Source of the DNA: an uncultured Hydrogenophilales bacterium | GTDB lineage: Bacteria > Pseudomonadota > Gammaproteobacteria > Burkholderiales > Thiobacillaceae | Reading direction: 5' to 3' | DNA length: 64,000 nucleotides | Assembly (NCBI GenBank): GCA_963818665.1 | Contig: CAWFTM010000014.1 | Coordinates: forward strand, 147,404 to 211,403 | Shown: one piece after another, positions 9,524 through 21,484 of the stretch | Numbering within the stretch: position 1 is the first letter of the stretch | How the letters are laid out: each line of letters starts with the position of its first letter | Program-made: the position numbers and the translations under genes | Notes under the pieces: model-generated | What the model saw: the letters and a program-made list of their open reading frames with translations, nothing else | Told to the model about the DNA's origin: nothing | The model's database searches: none

Positions 9524-10533
9524 CACGTCCGACACTTCTTCTTCGCCGGCAACGCCTCCCGCACCGGCGCGCATCCTGACGCTGCCGCTGGTCGCCATGC
9601 TGGTGGCTGTACTGGCGCTGGCGGGGGCGGCGTGGTCGTGGTCCGACAGCCGCGAGCGCATTCGCGATCTGAAGACCGAACTGGGACGCCGGCTGGCCGA
9701 GTCGGGCAAGGACGTGACCGAAACCCGTCTGCTGGCGCGCAATGCCGACGACGCGATGCGCCAGGTCAGCGAAAAGGTCGCCCGCATCGAGAGCCAGATG
9801 GCGACCTCGCAGCAGCAGCAACTGGCGCTCGAAACCTTGTACAAGGATCTGGCGCAGGGGCGCGACCAGTGGGCGCTGGCCGAAATCGAGCAGGTGCTGC
9901 TGACCGCAGCGCAGCAGTTGCAACTGGCGGGCAACGTCAAGGCCGCGATCATCGCGCTGGAAGGCGCGGACACCCGTCTGCAACGCCTGAACAAGCCGCA
10001 GTTCACCACGCTGCGGCGTGCCATTGCCACCGATCTGGCGAATCTGCGCGCCGTGCCCTCGCTCGACGAAGTGGGGGCGAGCGCGCGCATCGAGGCGCTG
10101 GTGGCGCACGTGCCCGAGCTGGCCGCTGGCCAGTGCGCAGGCGTCCGAGGCGGCGCCCGCGCCGCGTACCTCCGGCAGCGGGAATCTGGGCCAGGAACTG
10201 TGGGTCGAGTTGAAACGCCTGGTGCAGATTCGCCGCCTGGACGGCAACGAAGCCCTGCTGCTGCCGCCGGAGCAGGCCTATTTCCTGCGCGAAAACCTGC
10301 GTCTGCGTCTGCTGTCGGCGCGACTGGCCCTGCTGGCGCACGACCAGGCGGCCTTCCAGACCGATCTGCGCGCGGTGTCGGGCATGCTGACGCGCTATTT
10401 CAATACGCGCGACGCCGGCGTCGCCGACGCGATGAAGGAAATCAGGCGCCTGACCAGCCTGCAAATCGCCACCAAGCTGCCCGGCATCGACGCCAGCATG
10501 GCCGCGCTCGACGCCTACAAGGTGAACCACTGA
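9516..10533 (+). CDS. hemX: HemX-family membrane protein; frameshift near 10110
   Basis: WALAEIEQVLLTAAQQLQLAGNV in one frame; LLPPEQAYFLRENLRLRLLSARLALL in the 10018-10533 frame. Confidence 0.85.
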
Positions 10534-11705
10534 TGCGCTGGCTCATTTCCCTGCTCATCATCGTGGTGCTGGCGGTCGCGCTGGCGATGGCGGGTCGCTA
10601 CGACCCCGGCTATGTGGTGCTGGTGTACCCGCCGTGGCGGATGGAAGTCTCCTTCATCAGTTTCGTGCTGATGCTGGTGGGGCTGGTGGTGGGCGGCGTG
10701 GTTTTGCTGCGGCTGGCGCTGCTTACGCTCAATCTGCCCGCGATCGTGCGCGAACAGCGCGAGCGGCGCGCGGCGCACAAACGCGACGAGAACTTTGTCG
10801 GCGGCCTCAGGGCGTACACCGAACATCGCTTTCAGGATGCCGAACAGGCGCTGGGGCAGTGGCAGGGCGAGGACGCCCGGATGGGGCTGGCGCGGGTGCT
10901 GGCGGCGCGCGCCGCGCAGGAAATGCGCGCGGTGGCGCAGCGCGAGCGCCATGTGCGCGAGGCCAGCGAACACGGCGCCGAACTGGCCGCGCAGCTGTTC
11001 GAGGCGGAAACCCTGCTGGACCTGAAAGACGCGACCGGTGCGCTGGGGGCGATCCAGTCGGCCAAAACCATCGCGCCGCAGCATACCGCCTTGCTGCGGC
11101 TGGAGTTGAAAGCGCGTCAGCTCACCGGGCAGTGGGACGAGGTCGACAAACTGCTCGATGCCTTGACGCGCAGCAATGCGCTGGAGCCGGGTGTCGCCAC
11201 GCAGATGCGCCGCATGGCTTACGCCGAAAATCTCAGGCGCCGCGCCGAAGACGACCGCGCGCTGCTGGAATACTGGAAGAAAATTCCGGCCGACTTCAAG
11301 ACCGATGCCTTCGTCGCCCGCGCCGCCGCCCGTGCCTTCATGCAGCGTGGCGGCCACGACACCGCGCTCGACGTGCTGGAGGCCGCGCTCAACCGCGACT
11401 GGCACGAAGACCTGGTCACGCTGTACGGCGAAGTGCGCGGCAGCAGCCCGACGCGGCAAATCGAGCAGGCCGAGAAATGGCTGCACGCCCAGCCGCGCGA
11501 TGCGAAATTGCTGCTGACGCTGGCGCAGCTGTGTGCCGTGCAGGAACTGTGGGGCAAGGCGCAGAGCTATCTGGAAGCCAGCCTCGCCATCGCGCCCAGC
11601 GCCGAAGGCCATATCCGCATGGCCGAGCTCAAGAACCAGAGCGGCCAGACCGGCGAAGCCTGCCAGCACTATCAGAAGGCGCTGGCATTGTGCCGCGCGT
11701 CCTAG
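10533..11705 (+). CDS. hemY: HemY-family TPR membrane protein
   Basis: MRWLISLLII...DPGYVVLVYPPWRMEVSF; LWGKAQSYLEASL; position in hemCDXY. Confidence 0.9.
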   Translation: MRWLISLLIIVVLAVALAMAGRYDPGYVVLVYPPWRMEVSFISFVLMLVGLVVGGVVLLRLALLTLNLPAIVREQRERRAAHKRDENFVGGLRAYTEHRFQDAEQALGQWQGEDARMGLARVLAARAAQEMRAVAQRERHVREASEHGAELAAQLFEAETLLDLKDATGALGAIQSAKTIAPQHTALLRLELKARQLTGQWDEVDKLLDALTRSNALEPGVATQMRRMAYAENLRRRAEDDRALLEYWKKIPADFKTDAFVARAAARAFMQRGGHDTALDVLEAALNRDWHEDLVTLYGEVRGSSPTRQIEQAEKWLHAQPRDAKLLLTLAQLCAVQELWGKAQSYLEASLAIAPSAEGHIRMAELKNQSGQTGEACQHYQKALALCRAS

Positions 11706-11751
11706 TTAGGTAGACAATTTGAACTTGTATTTTTCAGGAAGGAGTGCAGCC

Positions 11752-12270
11752 ATGCGCACAGGTCTGTTTTCAATAGCCGGAATGATGGTCGGCGCCTTGT
11801 TGCTGTCCGCGCCCGCCAGCTGGGCCGCTGCCCCCAAAGCCCAGCAAACGGCTCAGCCAGGTATCTACAAGCTGGCAATCGATCGCAACGTCACTCTGGA
11901 CGAGGCCGCCGAATCCATGCGCTTGCGCGCCAACGCGCTGAATCTCAAGCTGGTGGCGGAACTGCCGTTATCCAAACAGGTGGAAGCCGTCACCGGCAAG
12001 CCGCAGCGCGTGGTCACCATTTTCCAGTTCTGCGATGCGGTCACGGCGATGGAACTGATCGACCTCAGCATCGACTTCGCCACCTACATGCCGTGTCGGA
12101 TTGCGCTGATCGAGGATGCCCAGGGTCAGGGCTGGCTGGTCATGACGGACATCAACGTCGATCTGGTGGCGAAGGAAAAAAGGCTGCAGAAGGAACTGAC
12201 CACGCGCATCAAGGCTGTACGCCAGGGATTGATCGAGATCATGCAGGCAGGCGCCAAGGGCGAGCTCTGA
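11752..12270 (+). CDS. Exported DUF302-domain protein
   Basis: Signal peptide; IFQFCDA...YMPCRIALIED motif; GGAG RBS. Confidence 0.8.
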   Translation: MRTGLFSIAGMMVGALLLSAPASWAAAPKAQQTAQPGIYKLAIDRNVTLDEAAESMRLRANALNLKLVAELPLSKQVEAVTGKPQRVVTIFQFCDAVTAMELIDLSIDFATYMPCRIALIEDAQGQGWLVMTDINVDLVAKEKRLQKELTTRIKAVRQGLIEIMQAGAKGEL

Positions 12271-12321
12271 TCCGGCGATGGGTCCGACAGGCATGGCCCT
12301 CACGGACACCTATTTCGTCGT

Positions 12322-14076
12322 ATGTACATTGAATCCTTGAACGCGCCCCGTCGAATTTTCAGGAACCCCCGCCTCACCGGTCTGTTGTTCGCCGCACTGT
12401 CCGCTGGCCTGTCGAGCAGCTGGGCGCAGGTGCCCGGCGCCTTTCGTCCCAATGCCGGGACGATCCTCAACATCTATGCACCGCCGGTCGAGGCACCGAC
12501 ACTGCCGGCGGCGACGCTGCCCGCGCCCGTCGAGGAACTGCCTGCCGACGACGCGGCAGGCGTGAGGGTCAAGCTCACGCGCGTTGTCCTCGACGGCGTC
12601 ACCTTGCTGCCGCAGGCCGAGGTCGAGGCGCAGCTGGCCGGCCTCGTCGGACAGGAGGTGTCGCTGGCCGACCTGCGCCAGGCAGCCGCGCGCATCACCC
12701 AGCTGTATCGGGACAAAGGCTATTTCCTCGCCCGCGCCTACGTGCCGGCGCAGGAGATCAGCGGAGGCGTCGTCCGCATTGCGGTGATCGAGGGCCGTTA
12801 CGACGGCGTCACGGCCACGGGTTCGGCGCGTCTCGACGGCGAGCGTGTGCGGCAGCTGCTCGATGCGCAGGGCGTGACGGCGGGCCAGCCGGTCGAGCGG
12901 GCCCGCCTCGAGCGCAGCCTGATCCTGCTCGAACAATGGGCTGACGCCCCATCGCAGGCGCTGCTGCGCCCCGGTGCCACCATCGGCACCTCGCACATGG
13001 AGATCGCCACGCCGCCCGGCCCGCTGTTCAGCGGTTCGCTCGGCGCGGACAACTACGGCGCCTACTATTCCGGTCAGGGGCGGGTCACCGCCTCGCTGGC
13101 CGTCAACAGTCCGCTCGGCATCGGCGATCAGGGCAGCGTCTGGCTCGCGCACTCGTCGGGCACCGACGCCGTCTTCGCCAGCTACCAGGTGCCGGTCGGT
13201 TACGACGGCCTGACGCTGGGCGCCAGCGCCTCTTACTACACCTATGCGCTGTGCTGCGAGTTCGCCGCCCTCGACCGGACAGGCGACGCCACCGTCGCCG
13301 GGCTGCAGGCACGCTATCCGTTGCGGCTCCGCCAGCACGAGGTGATGGTTGCGGGCCTGAGTCTGGAGCACAAGCGTCTGAGCGACAGCTGGGTGGGCGG
13401 CGAACTGGACGACAAGCGGGCTGACGTCGTCAGCCTGTCGCTCGACGGCATCACGATGGCGATGGCCGGACAGACCCGCTACCGGCTGACGCTGACCGGC
13501 GGCGATCTCGACATCAAGGGCCCCGCCGATTACATCACGCTCAACGCCGAGACCGTCGATACGGCGGGGCATTACGCGAAGGCGTGGGGCCAGGTCGAGT
13601 TCCTGCAGCCACTGGCCAGCTGGAATTTCCTCAGCGTCAGGCTGTCCGGGCAGGTGGCCAGCCGCAACCTCGATTCCTCCGAAAAATTCCTGCTCGGCGG
13701 TTTCAATGGCATCCGCGCGTATCCGGAAGGCGAGGCGGCGGGCGACGAGGCGTGGCTGGCGCGGATCGACTGGGTGATTCCCCTGCGTCTGGCCGAGCTG
13801 CCAGGCCAGGCCGCCGTGCGTGCCTTCGTCGACAACGGCGCGATCTGGATCAACGACAGCACGCGCGGCGGCCTTGCCGATCCGGGCATTCCCAATCATT
13901 ACAGCCTGTCCGGTGCCGGTGTCGGCTTCAACTGGACGTTGCCGCAGGGGTGGGCCTTCTCCGCCTATGTCGCCACCAAACTCGGCAACAATCCCGGACG
14001 CTCGGCCAGCGGCAACGACGCCGACGGCAAGGACAGCAGTGCGCGCGGCTGGGTCAGCGCGGAATGGGGATTCTGA
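12322..14076 (+). CDS. Two-partner secretion transporter TpsB (ShlB/FhaC/HecB family)
   Basis: POTRA motif ITQLYRDKGYFLARAYVPAQEI; LGGFNGIRAYPEGE (VRGY-type loop); C-terminal Phe. Confidence 0.93.
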   Translation: MYIESLNAPRRIFRNPRLTGLLFAALSAGLSSSWAQVPGAFRPNAGTILNIYAPPVEAPTLPAATLPAPVEELPADDAAGVRVKLTRVVLDGVTLLPQAEVEAQLAGLVGQEVSLADLRQAAARITQLYRDKGYFLARAYVPAQEISGGVVRIAVIEGRYDGVTATGSARLDGERVRQLLDAQGVTAGQPVERARLERSLILLEQWADAPSQALLRPGATIGTSHMEIATPPGPLFSGSLGADNYGAYYSGQGRVTASLAVNSPLGIGDQGSVWLAHSSGTDAVFASYQVPVGYDGLTLGASASYYTYALCCEFAALDRTGDATVAGLQARYPLRLRQHEVMVAGLSLEHKRLSDSWVGGELDDKRADVVSLSLDGITMAMAGQTRYRLTLTGGDLDIKGPADYITLNAETVDTAGHYAKAWGQVEFLQPLASWNFLSVRLSGQVASRNLDSSEKFLLGGFNGIRAYPEGEAAGDEAWLARIDWVIPLRLAELPGQAAVRAFVDNGAIWINDSTRGGLADPGIPNHYSLSGAGVGFNWTLPQGWAFSAYVATKLGNNPGRSASGNDADGKDSSARGWVSAEWGF

Positions 14077-14078
14077 TC

Positions 14079-17000
14079 ATGAACCGGACCTACCGTCTCA
14101 TCTGGAATACGCGTTGCAACGGCTGGGTCGTCGCATCCGAGTGGGCGCGCGCCTGCGGCAGGCAGGGCTGTGCCGCTGTCGCGGTGCTGATGTTCGCCAG
14201 TGCGCCGCTCGCCGCTGCCGATCTGGCAGCGGGCGCCTTGCCGGGCGGCGGTTCGGTCGCCGCCGGACAGGTCGGCATCGTCACCGACGGCACACGCATG
14301 AACATCACCCAGGGCAGCCAGCGTGCGATCATCAACTGGCAAAGCTTCGATATCGGCAGTCAGGCGCAAGTCAGTTTCCAGCAGCCCAACGCCGCCGCCG
14401 TCGCCCTCAACCGGGTCAGCGGCCCGACGGCTTCGCGCATCGAAGGCCAACTCAGCGCCAATGGCCAGGTCTTCCTGGTCAACCCGAACGGCGTCCTGTT
14501 CGGCGGCGGTGCGCGAGTGGACGTCGGCGCCCTCGTCGCTTCGACGCTCGATATCCACGACACCGACTTCCTGGCCGGCAACGCTCGCTTCAGCGGCAGT
14601 GGCAGCGCCATCGAGAATCGCGGAACGATCAACGCCGCGTCGGGCGGCTATCTCGCCTTCATCGCGCCGACCATCACCAATAACGGAACCCTCAACGCCC
14701 CGCACGGTACTGTCGCCATGGGTGCGGGCGAGGCCGTCACGCTGAATTTCGCCGGCGACCGGCTGGTCGGCCTCAGCGTCAGCACCGCGACCCTCGACAC
14801 CCTGATCGAGAACCGCCAGGCGATCCACGCCGAGGGCGGTGCCATTCTGCTCACCGCGGCCGGCGCGGCTGCCGTGAGCAGCAGCGTGGTCAACAACAGC
14901 GGCGTCCTCGAAGCCGGCAGCCTCACTGAAGACGGCGGGCGCATCGTGCTCAGGGCGGGCGGCGACATCACGCTGGGCTCGACTTCGGTGATTGCGGCCG
15001 GCGGCGCGCGCGGCGGCGACATCGAGATCCAGGCGCAGTCCGGAACCTTGCTGGCGGATGGCCGCATCGACGCGCGCGGGACAAGTGCGACGGGCGGGTC
15101 GGTCAATCTGCTGGGCGAGCGCGTGGGACTGGTCAATGCCGCCGAGGTCGATGCCTCCGGCGCAACGGGCGGTGGCACGGTGCGGGTGGGCGGCGATTAT
15201 CAGGGCAAGAATGCGGACATCCAGAATGCCGCACGCACCTTCGTCAGTTCCGGTGCGGCCATCAGCGCCGATGCGACCGAACAGGGGGAGGGCGGCCAGG
15301 TGGTGGTCTGGGCCGACGAGGCCACCCGTTTTTACGGCAGCGCCAGCGCACGCGCCGACCGTTCCGGCAGCGGCGGATTGATCGAGATCTCCGGCAAGGA
15401 CTATCTGGATTTTCGCGGCCAGGTGGATGCGGGGTCGGCAAACGGCCAGGGGGGCACGGTGCTGTTCGATCCCGCCAACATCACGCTGTCGACCGGCGCG
15501 GATACGAACACGACCGGGTTCACGCCGCCTGCCGACGTGACGCAGGCCTTCACCGATGATGCCGGTCTGAACAGCGTGTTCAACGTCAACGCCGGCGGCA
15601 GCTTCGCCGGGGTGGCGGCCGGCAGCAACGTGGTGCTGCAGGCGACCAACAACATCACGCTGGCGAACGCCTTCAACCTGGCCACCGCAACCGGCGGAGC
15701 CGCCAACGTCAGCCTGACTTTGCAGGCCAACAACAACATCACGGTCAACGCCGGGGCGACGGTGACCGTCGCCGGCAGCGGCGCCCTGAACATGCAGGCC
15801 GACGCGGACCACTCCGGCGCCGGGACGCTGGCGGTGAATGCGGCGCTGGTGTCGCGGCAGGGCGGGATCACGCTGTCCGGCGCAGCGATCACGAGTGCTG
15901 CGGCAGGCAGCATCACCTCCACCGGAACCGCCGGGCAGAACGCCGGCAATATCAGCATCACCTCAAGCGGCGGCATCAATCTGCTGGGCGCCCTTGCCGC
16001 CAACGGGGGCAACGGCGCGGCGGCGGCGGCGGGAGGTCATGGGGGCAATATCGGGATCACGGCGGCGGGGTCGGTGGTCACTGCCGCGATTACCGCATCA
16101 GGCGGCAATGCGGGCACGGGCAATGCGGCGGGGGGCAACGCTGGCAGCATCACCCTGGCGACCACCGCCGGCAATGTGACGACCGGCGCGCTCACTGCCC
16201 GCACCGGCAATGCGACCGGAACCGGCGCGGGGGGGATCGCGGGCAGCATCGCGGTCACCAACACGGCCCTGCCGGCAATGTCAGCCTGGGTGCGCTCAAC
16301 ACTTCGGGTGGCACCAATGGCAACGGCGGCACCCTCAGCGCGAATGCAACCGGCGTGCTGGCGCTCAACGGGGCCATCACCAGTTCCGGCGGCGCCAACG
16401 CAGCATCGACCACGCAGGCGGGGAAACACGCGGGCGCCATCACCCTGACGGGCAACGCGGGCATTTCCAGCGCGGCCGCCGCGACCATCAACGCGAATGG
16501 GGGTGCCGGACTCGGGACGAATCAGGCAGGCGGTCATGCCGCTGCGGTTTCCCTCGCTTCTTCTGCCGGAACCGTTGCGTCACGCGCGATCAGTTCCCGG
16601 ACCGGCAATGCCACCGGCACTGGCGCGGGTGGCCTGGCCGGCAGCATCACCCTGAGCGGCACGAGCGTGACCACCAACGCGGGCGCGCTGACCACCACGG
16701 GTGGCAGCAATGGCGACGGCGGCGCGGTCACCGCCACGGCCACCGGCGGGACGCTGGTGGCCGCTGCCATCACGGCCAGCGGCGGCACGGCGTTGAGCGG
16801 GACGATGGGCCGCAACGCGGGCGCGGTCACGCTCAGCGGCGCCGGCGCGGTGACGACGGGTGCTATTACGGCCAGTGGCAGCAATGGCGTCGGCGCCGGT
16901 CGGGCCGGCGGCCAGGGCGGCGTCATCAACCTCGCCAGCAACGGCACGCTTGCCAGTGGCGCGCTGGCCGCCAGCGGCGGCAATGGCGTGGCCACCGCAG

Positions 17001-20000
17001 CGGGCGGCCATGCCGGAACGATTACGGTCAGCAACAACGGGGCGGCCGGAACACTCACCACCGGCACCCTGACCGCACGCACCGGCGCGGCTGCCGGCGC
17101 CATCGTCAGCGGCAACGCCGGCAGCATTGCGGTGACCAACAACGCGGCGACGCAGTTGCAAACCGGCGCCATCAACAGCAGTGGCCAGGCGGGCGGCGCG
17201 GGCGGCAACGTCACGCTGGTCTCCAATGGCAACGTCACGGTGACCAGCACCCTCGCCACCGGCGGCGGTGCCCTGGTTGCGGCCACCAACGCGGCAGGGC
17301 GCAACGGCGGCAATCTTGTTGTCACGGCCGGGGGCACGGTGTCCCTGGGCGGGGCGGTCACGACCAGCGGCGGCAATGCTGTCGCGGGCAACAACGCGGG
17401 CGGCCATGCCGGCGCGATCAGTCTGGATGCAGGCGGGGCCACCCCGATCATCACCGTGAGTGGCAACCTGACCGCAACCGGCGGCAATCGCAGCGGGACT
17501 GGTGTCGCCGGGGCGGGGGGCGCCATCGCCGTGGCGGATACGCTCAACATCGGTGCGGCCAACCGGACCATCAGCAGCCGGGGTGGCAGTGCCGGGCTGG
17601 GGCAGGGCGGAGACATCATGCTGGCGGGCCCGATCCATGACAGCGGCACGCGCACGCTGACCGTCACCGGCGGCAGCGGAACCGTCACGCTGGCGGGCGG
17701 CCCGGCAAACGCCACGCTGGCCAATAACCTGGATACGCTGGTGGTGACCGCGTCGGACGGCGCCGGCAAGATCCGGGTGGGCTCGGTCAACACGGTGGCG
17801 ACGCAATCCTACGATTCCGGCAGCGGCGGGATCGAACTCGATGGCGATGTGGTCACCCTGGGCTCTGCTGCGGCCGACACCGTGACGTTCAGCGACCCGG
17901 TGACGCTGACCGGCGATTCGTCGATCACCACCGCCGGCGGCGCGGGCGACCACATCGCCGTCAGCCAGACCGTCAATGGCGCCTACGACCTGACCCTGAA
18001 TGCAGGTGCGCTGGGAACCGTTACGACCAGCGCCGTGATCGGTGGCAGCACCCCGTTGGGCGATTTCAGTGCGACCGGCGCAGCGGTGACGTTTGGCCGC
18101 TCGGTGAGCGCCGACAGCATTTTTGCCCGGAGCACGACCGGCAACCTCACGCTCAACACGGCCGGCACCGTGCTGACCGGCAGCGGTGCCGGCGATGCGA
18201 TTCAACTGGTGGCCAGCGGCGCGGCCAGCCGGTTCGTCAACACGGTCGGCGCCACCGCGCTGAATGCGAGCCATGCCAGCGGCCGCTTCCTGGTCTGGTC
18301 GCAAAATCCCGCCAACGACACCCGCGGCGCTCTTGCGTATGCGTTCAAGCAATACAACGCCACCTATGGCGTGACGGCGGTGGCCGATGCGGATTCCAGC
18401 CACGATGGTTTCCTCTACACGCTGGCGCCCAGCATCACACCGGCACTCACCGGCACCGTCAGCAAGCCTTACGATGGCACCGCCACGGCTGCGCTGACGG
18501 CCGCCCACTTCACCGCGGGCGGGGCCATCGACGGCGATGTGGTGACATTGAGCGGCAGCGGTTCCTATGACAACAAGAATGTCGGCGTCGCCAAGACCGT
18601 CACGGCAACCGGCATAGCCGCGAGTGCGGTCAATGGCGCCGCCGCGGTGTATGGCTATGCCGTCTCGCCCGGCACGGTGAGCGCGGCCATCGGCACCATC
18701 ACGGCAGCGCCGCTGACGGTGACGGCGCAGACCGATACGCGGGTCTACGACGGCACCACCCATTCGGCGGTGGCGCCGCTGCTGAGAGGCACCACCTACG
18801 ATGCGATCGGCACCGCCGCGATCCAGAGCTACGACAACAGGAACGTCGGGACGGCCAAGACGCTTACCGCCAGCGGTCTGGTGATGAACGACGGCAACGG
18901 TGGCGCCAACTATGCGATCAGCTACGTCAGCGACAGCAGCGGCGTGATCACGGCAGCGCCGCTGACAGTGACGGCGCAGACCGACAGCCGGGTCTACGAC
19001 GGCACCACCAATTCGGCGGTGGCGCCGCTGCTGAGAGGCACCACTCTACGACGCCGTCGGCACCGCCGCGACCCAGAGCTACGACAACAGGAACGTCGGG
19101 ACGGCCAAGACGCTCACCGCCAGTGGTCTGGTGATGAACGACGGCAACGGCGGCGCCAACTATGCGATCAGCTACGTCAGCGACAGCAGCGGCGTGATCA
19201 CGGCAGCGCCGCTGACGGTGACGGCGCAGACCGACAGCCGGGTCTACGACGGCACCACCAATTCGGCGGTGGCGCCGCTGCTGAGTGGCACCACCTACGA
19301 CGCCATCGGCACCGCCGCGACCCAGAGCTACGACAACAGGAACGTCGGGACGGCCAAGACGCTTACCGCCAGCGGTCTGGTGATGAACGACGGCAACGGT
19401 GGCGCCAACTATGCGATCAGCTACGTCAGCGACAGCAGCGGCGTGATCACGCCGGCGCCGCTGACGCTCAGCGCGGTCACCGACACCAAGGTCTACGACG
19501 GCACCACCGTTTCGAGCGGTGTGGCAAGCAGCACCGGCCTGGTGGGCGGCGATACGGTGGGCGGGCTGAGCCAGAGCTTCCTGAGCAAGAACGTGCTCGG
19601 CGTGAACGGCAGCACGCTGGCCGTCGATGCCGGGTATGTGGTGAATGACGGCAACGGCGGCGCCAATTACAGCGTCAGTACCAGCACGGCCAGCGGCACG
19701 ATCACGCCGGCGCCGCTGACGATAGCGGCCGACGACAAGGCCAGGTCGGTGAACACGCCGAATCCACCCTTTACCGCAACTTATACGGGCCTGGTTGCGG
19801 GTGAAACGCCCGCCAGCCTGGACGGTGTGCTTGCGTTCTCGACACCGGCCACGCTGGCCTCGCCGGTGGGGAGCTACGCGATCACGCCCTACGGCCAGAC
19901 CTCGGACAATTATCTGATCACCTACGTGGATGGCGTGCTCGAAGTCATTGCATCGCCCGTGATTCCCGGCCCTGCGTATGATCCGCAGGCCATTGCTGCG

Positions 20001-20135
20001 GCGTACTCGGACCAGCGTTTTTTATTGGGCACGCTGCCCGCAGTGCGCTACGTCGTGGATGCCGACGATCCGGCTCCGGACGCGCCAGGCAACCGGGTTC
20101 GGGTCGTTTCCGGCGGGCTCGCGCTCAGCCGCTAG
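14079..20135 (+). CDS. TpsA filamentous-haemagglutinin-like adhesin (ESPR signal, TPS domain, Gly/Ala/Thr-rich beta-helix, YDG repeats, C-terminal MBG-like domain); frameshifts near 16270 and 19045
   Basis: MNRTYRLIWN...WVVASE; INWQSFDIG, NGQVFLVNPNGVLFG; KPYDG/RVYDG repeats; LTIAADDKARSVNTPNPPFT. Confidence 0.9.
18698..19460 (+). repeat. Three near-identical 249-bp (83-aa) tandem YDG-domain repeats within tpsA
   Basis: ATCACGGCAGCGCCGCTGAC.. recurs at about 18698, 18947 and 19197, with a variant at 19446; copy 2 has one extra T at 19045. Confidence 0.93.
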
Positions 20136-20297
20136 TGTCGTGAACCAGAAATAGCGGGACAAATAAAACGGATGGATTTTTTTGCAGGGCAAGGCGCGAG
20201 GAGGCGACATAGCGGGCTCTATGGCAACGACGAGCAACGCCGCCATGCGGAAAAAGACACCGTTTTATGTTTCGATATTTCTGGTTCACGACACTAG
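20132..20297. mobile_element. 166-bp palindromic MITE-like element with CTAG ends
   Basis: 22-bp perfect TIR CTAGTGTCGTGAACCAGAAATA...TATTTCTGGTTCACGACACTAG; central CATAG..CTATG hairpin. Confidence 0.82.
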
Positions 20298-20336
20298 CCC
20301 GGTTCGACCGCTCCGGGCTGCAAGCCTGATGTCGTT

Positions 20337-21374
20337 TCAGGGTGTGGTGGCGACTTCGGCGTCCGCTGCATACACGAACGAGTCGGCGAAGAATTCGTCT
20401 TCGGGCAGATTGCGTGTGCGGGTAAATGCCTCGCGCGCGCTGTCCACCATGACCGGCGCGCCGCAGGCATAGACCTGATAGCCGGACAGGTCGGCAAAGT
20501 CGGCCAGCACCGCATCGTGGACATGGCCGGTGCGACCCTGCCATTGGTCGCCCGGCTCCGGATTGGACAGCACCGGAATGAAACTGAAGTTGGGCTTTTC
20601 GGCCAGCCACTGCTGCGGCAGCTCGGCCATGTACAAATCCTTCAATGAGCGCACCCCCCAATAGAGGATCAGTTCGCGGTCGGTGTGCTCGGCGAAGGCG
20701 TGCTCCAGCATGCCCTTGATCGGCGCGAAGCCGGTGCCGCCGGCGATGAAGATCATCGGCTTGTCGGAGTCCTCGCGGATGAAGAAGCTGCCGAGCGGGC
20801 CTTTCAGGCGCAGGATGTCGCGCTCCTTCATGGCCGAGAACACCTGGTCGGTGAACAGGCCGCCGGGGACGTGGCGGATATGCAGTTCCAGCAGCGCGTC
20901 GTCGTGCGGCGGGTTGGCGAGCGAATAGCTGCGCGTGCGGCCGCCCTTCAACTGAAAGTCGATGTATTGCCCGGCGAGGAATTGCAGGCGCTCGTTGGCG
21001 GGCAGCTTGATCTTCACCAGCATCACGTCGTCGGCGCGTTTTTCCAGCTTCTCGACGCGGCACGGCAAGGTTTTCACCACGATGTCTTTCGCCGCGCCGA
21101 TTTCCTTGGCCTCGATCACCAGGTCCGACAGCGGCGTGGCGCGGCAGAACAGGGCGCGGCCCTGCGCTTTTTCGTCGTCCTTCAGCGCGTTGGGCGAATG
21201 CTTGCCGTAGTCGAGCTGGCCCGACAGCACCTTGCCCTTGCACGCGCCGCAGGCACCGTTGCGGCAACCGTAAGGCAGTGCAAAGCCTTCGCGCAGCGCC
21301 GCTTCGAGCACGGTTTCGTCTTCGTTGACGCTGAACTGATGCCCGCTGGGCTGAATGGTGACCTGATACGGCAT
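20337..21374 (-). CDS. 2Fe-2S ferredoxin / FAD-NAD(P)H reductase (CDP-6-deoxy-delta-3,4-glucoseen reductase family)
   Basis: YGCRNGACGACK; RSYSLAN; IAGGTGFAPI; YACGAP. Confidence 0.9.
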   Translation of the reverse strand: MPYQVTIQPSGHQFSVNEDETVLEAALREGFALPYGCRNGACGACKGKVLSGQLDYGKHSPNALKDDEKAQGRALFCRATPLSDLVIEAKEIGAAKDIVVKTLPCRVEKLEKRADDVMLVKIKLPANERLQFLAGQYIDFQLKGGRTRSYSLANPPHDDALLELHIRHVPGGLFTDQVFSAMKERDILRLKGPLGSFFIREDSDKPMIFIAGGTGFAPIKGMLEHAFAEHTDRELILYWGVRSLKDLYMAELPQQWLAEKPNFSFIPVLSNPEPGDQWQGRTGHVHDAVLADFADLSGYQVYACGAPVMVDSAREAFTRTRNLPEDEFFADSFVYAADAEVATTP

Positions 21375-21484
21375 GATGTGCGCTTAAAATGCAATGACAA
21401 ACGGGGCGAATTATCGCCCGAGTCGGCCGGGATTAAACCTTGGCATCCAAAGGGTTACAGGCGGGCGGGATACAGGCGGACGCG

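Noticed and set aside
9504-11705. Apparent 733-aa HemX-HemY fusion
   Set aside because: Created by the indel near 10110; the real HemX C-terminus is in another frame ending at 10533, and HemY has its own ATG
13584-14078. N-terminal extension of the 954-aa ORF overlapping tpsB
   Set aside because: The ESPR signal MNRTYRLIWN shows the real start is 14079
18698-19460. Tandem repeats as a CRISPR array or DGR template/variable repeats
   Set aside because: In-frame 249-bp coding repeats without spacers; no cas or reverse transcriptase gene; differences are not adenine-specific
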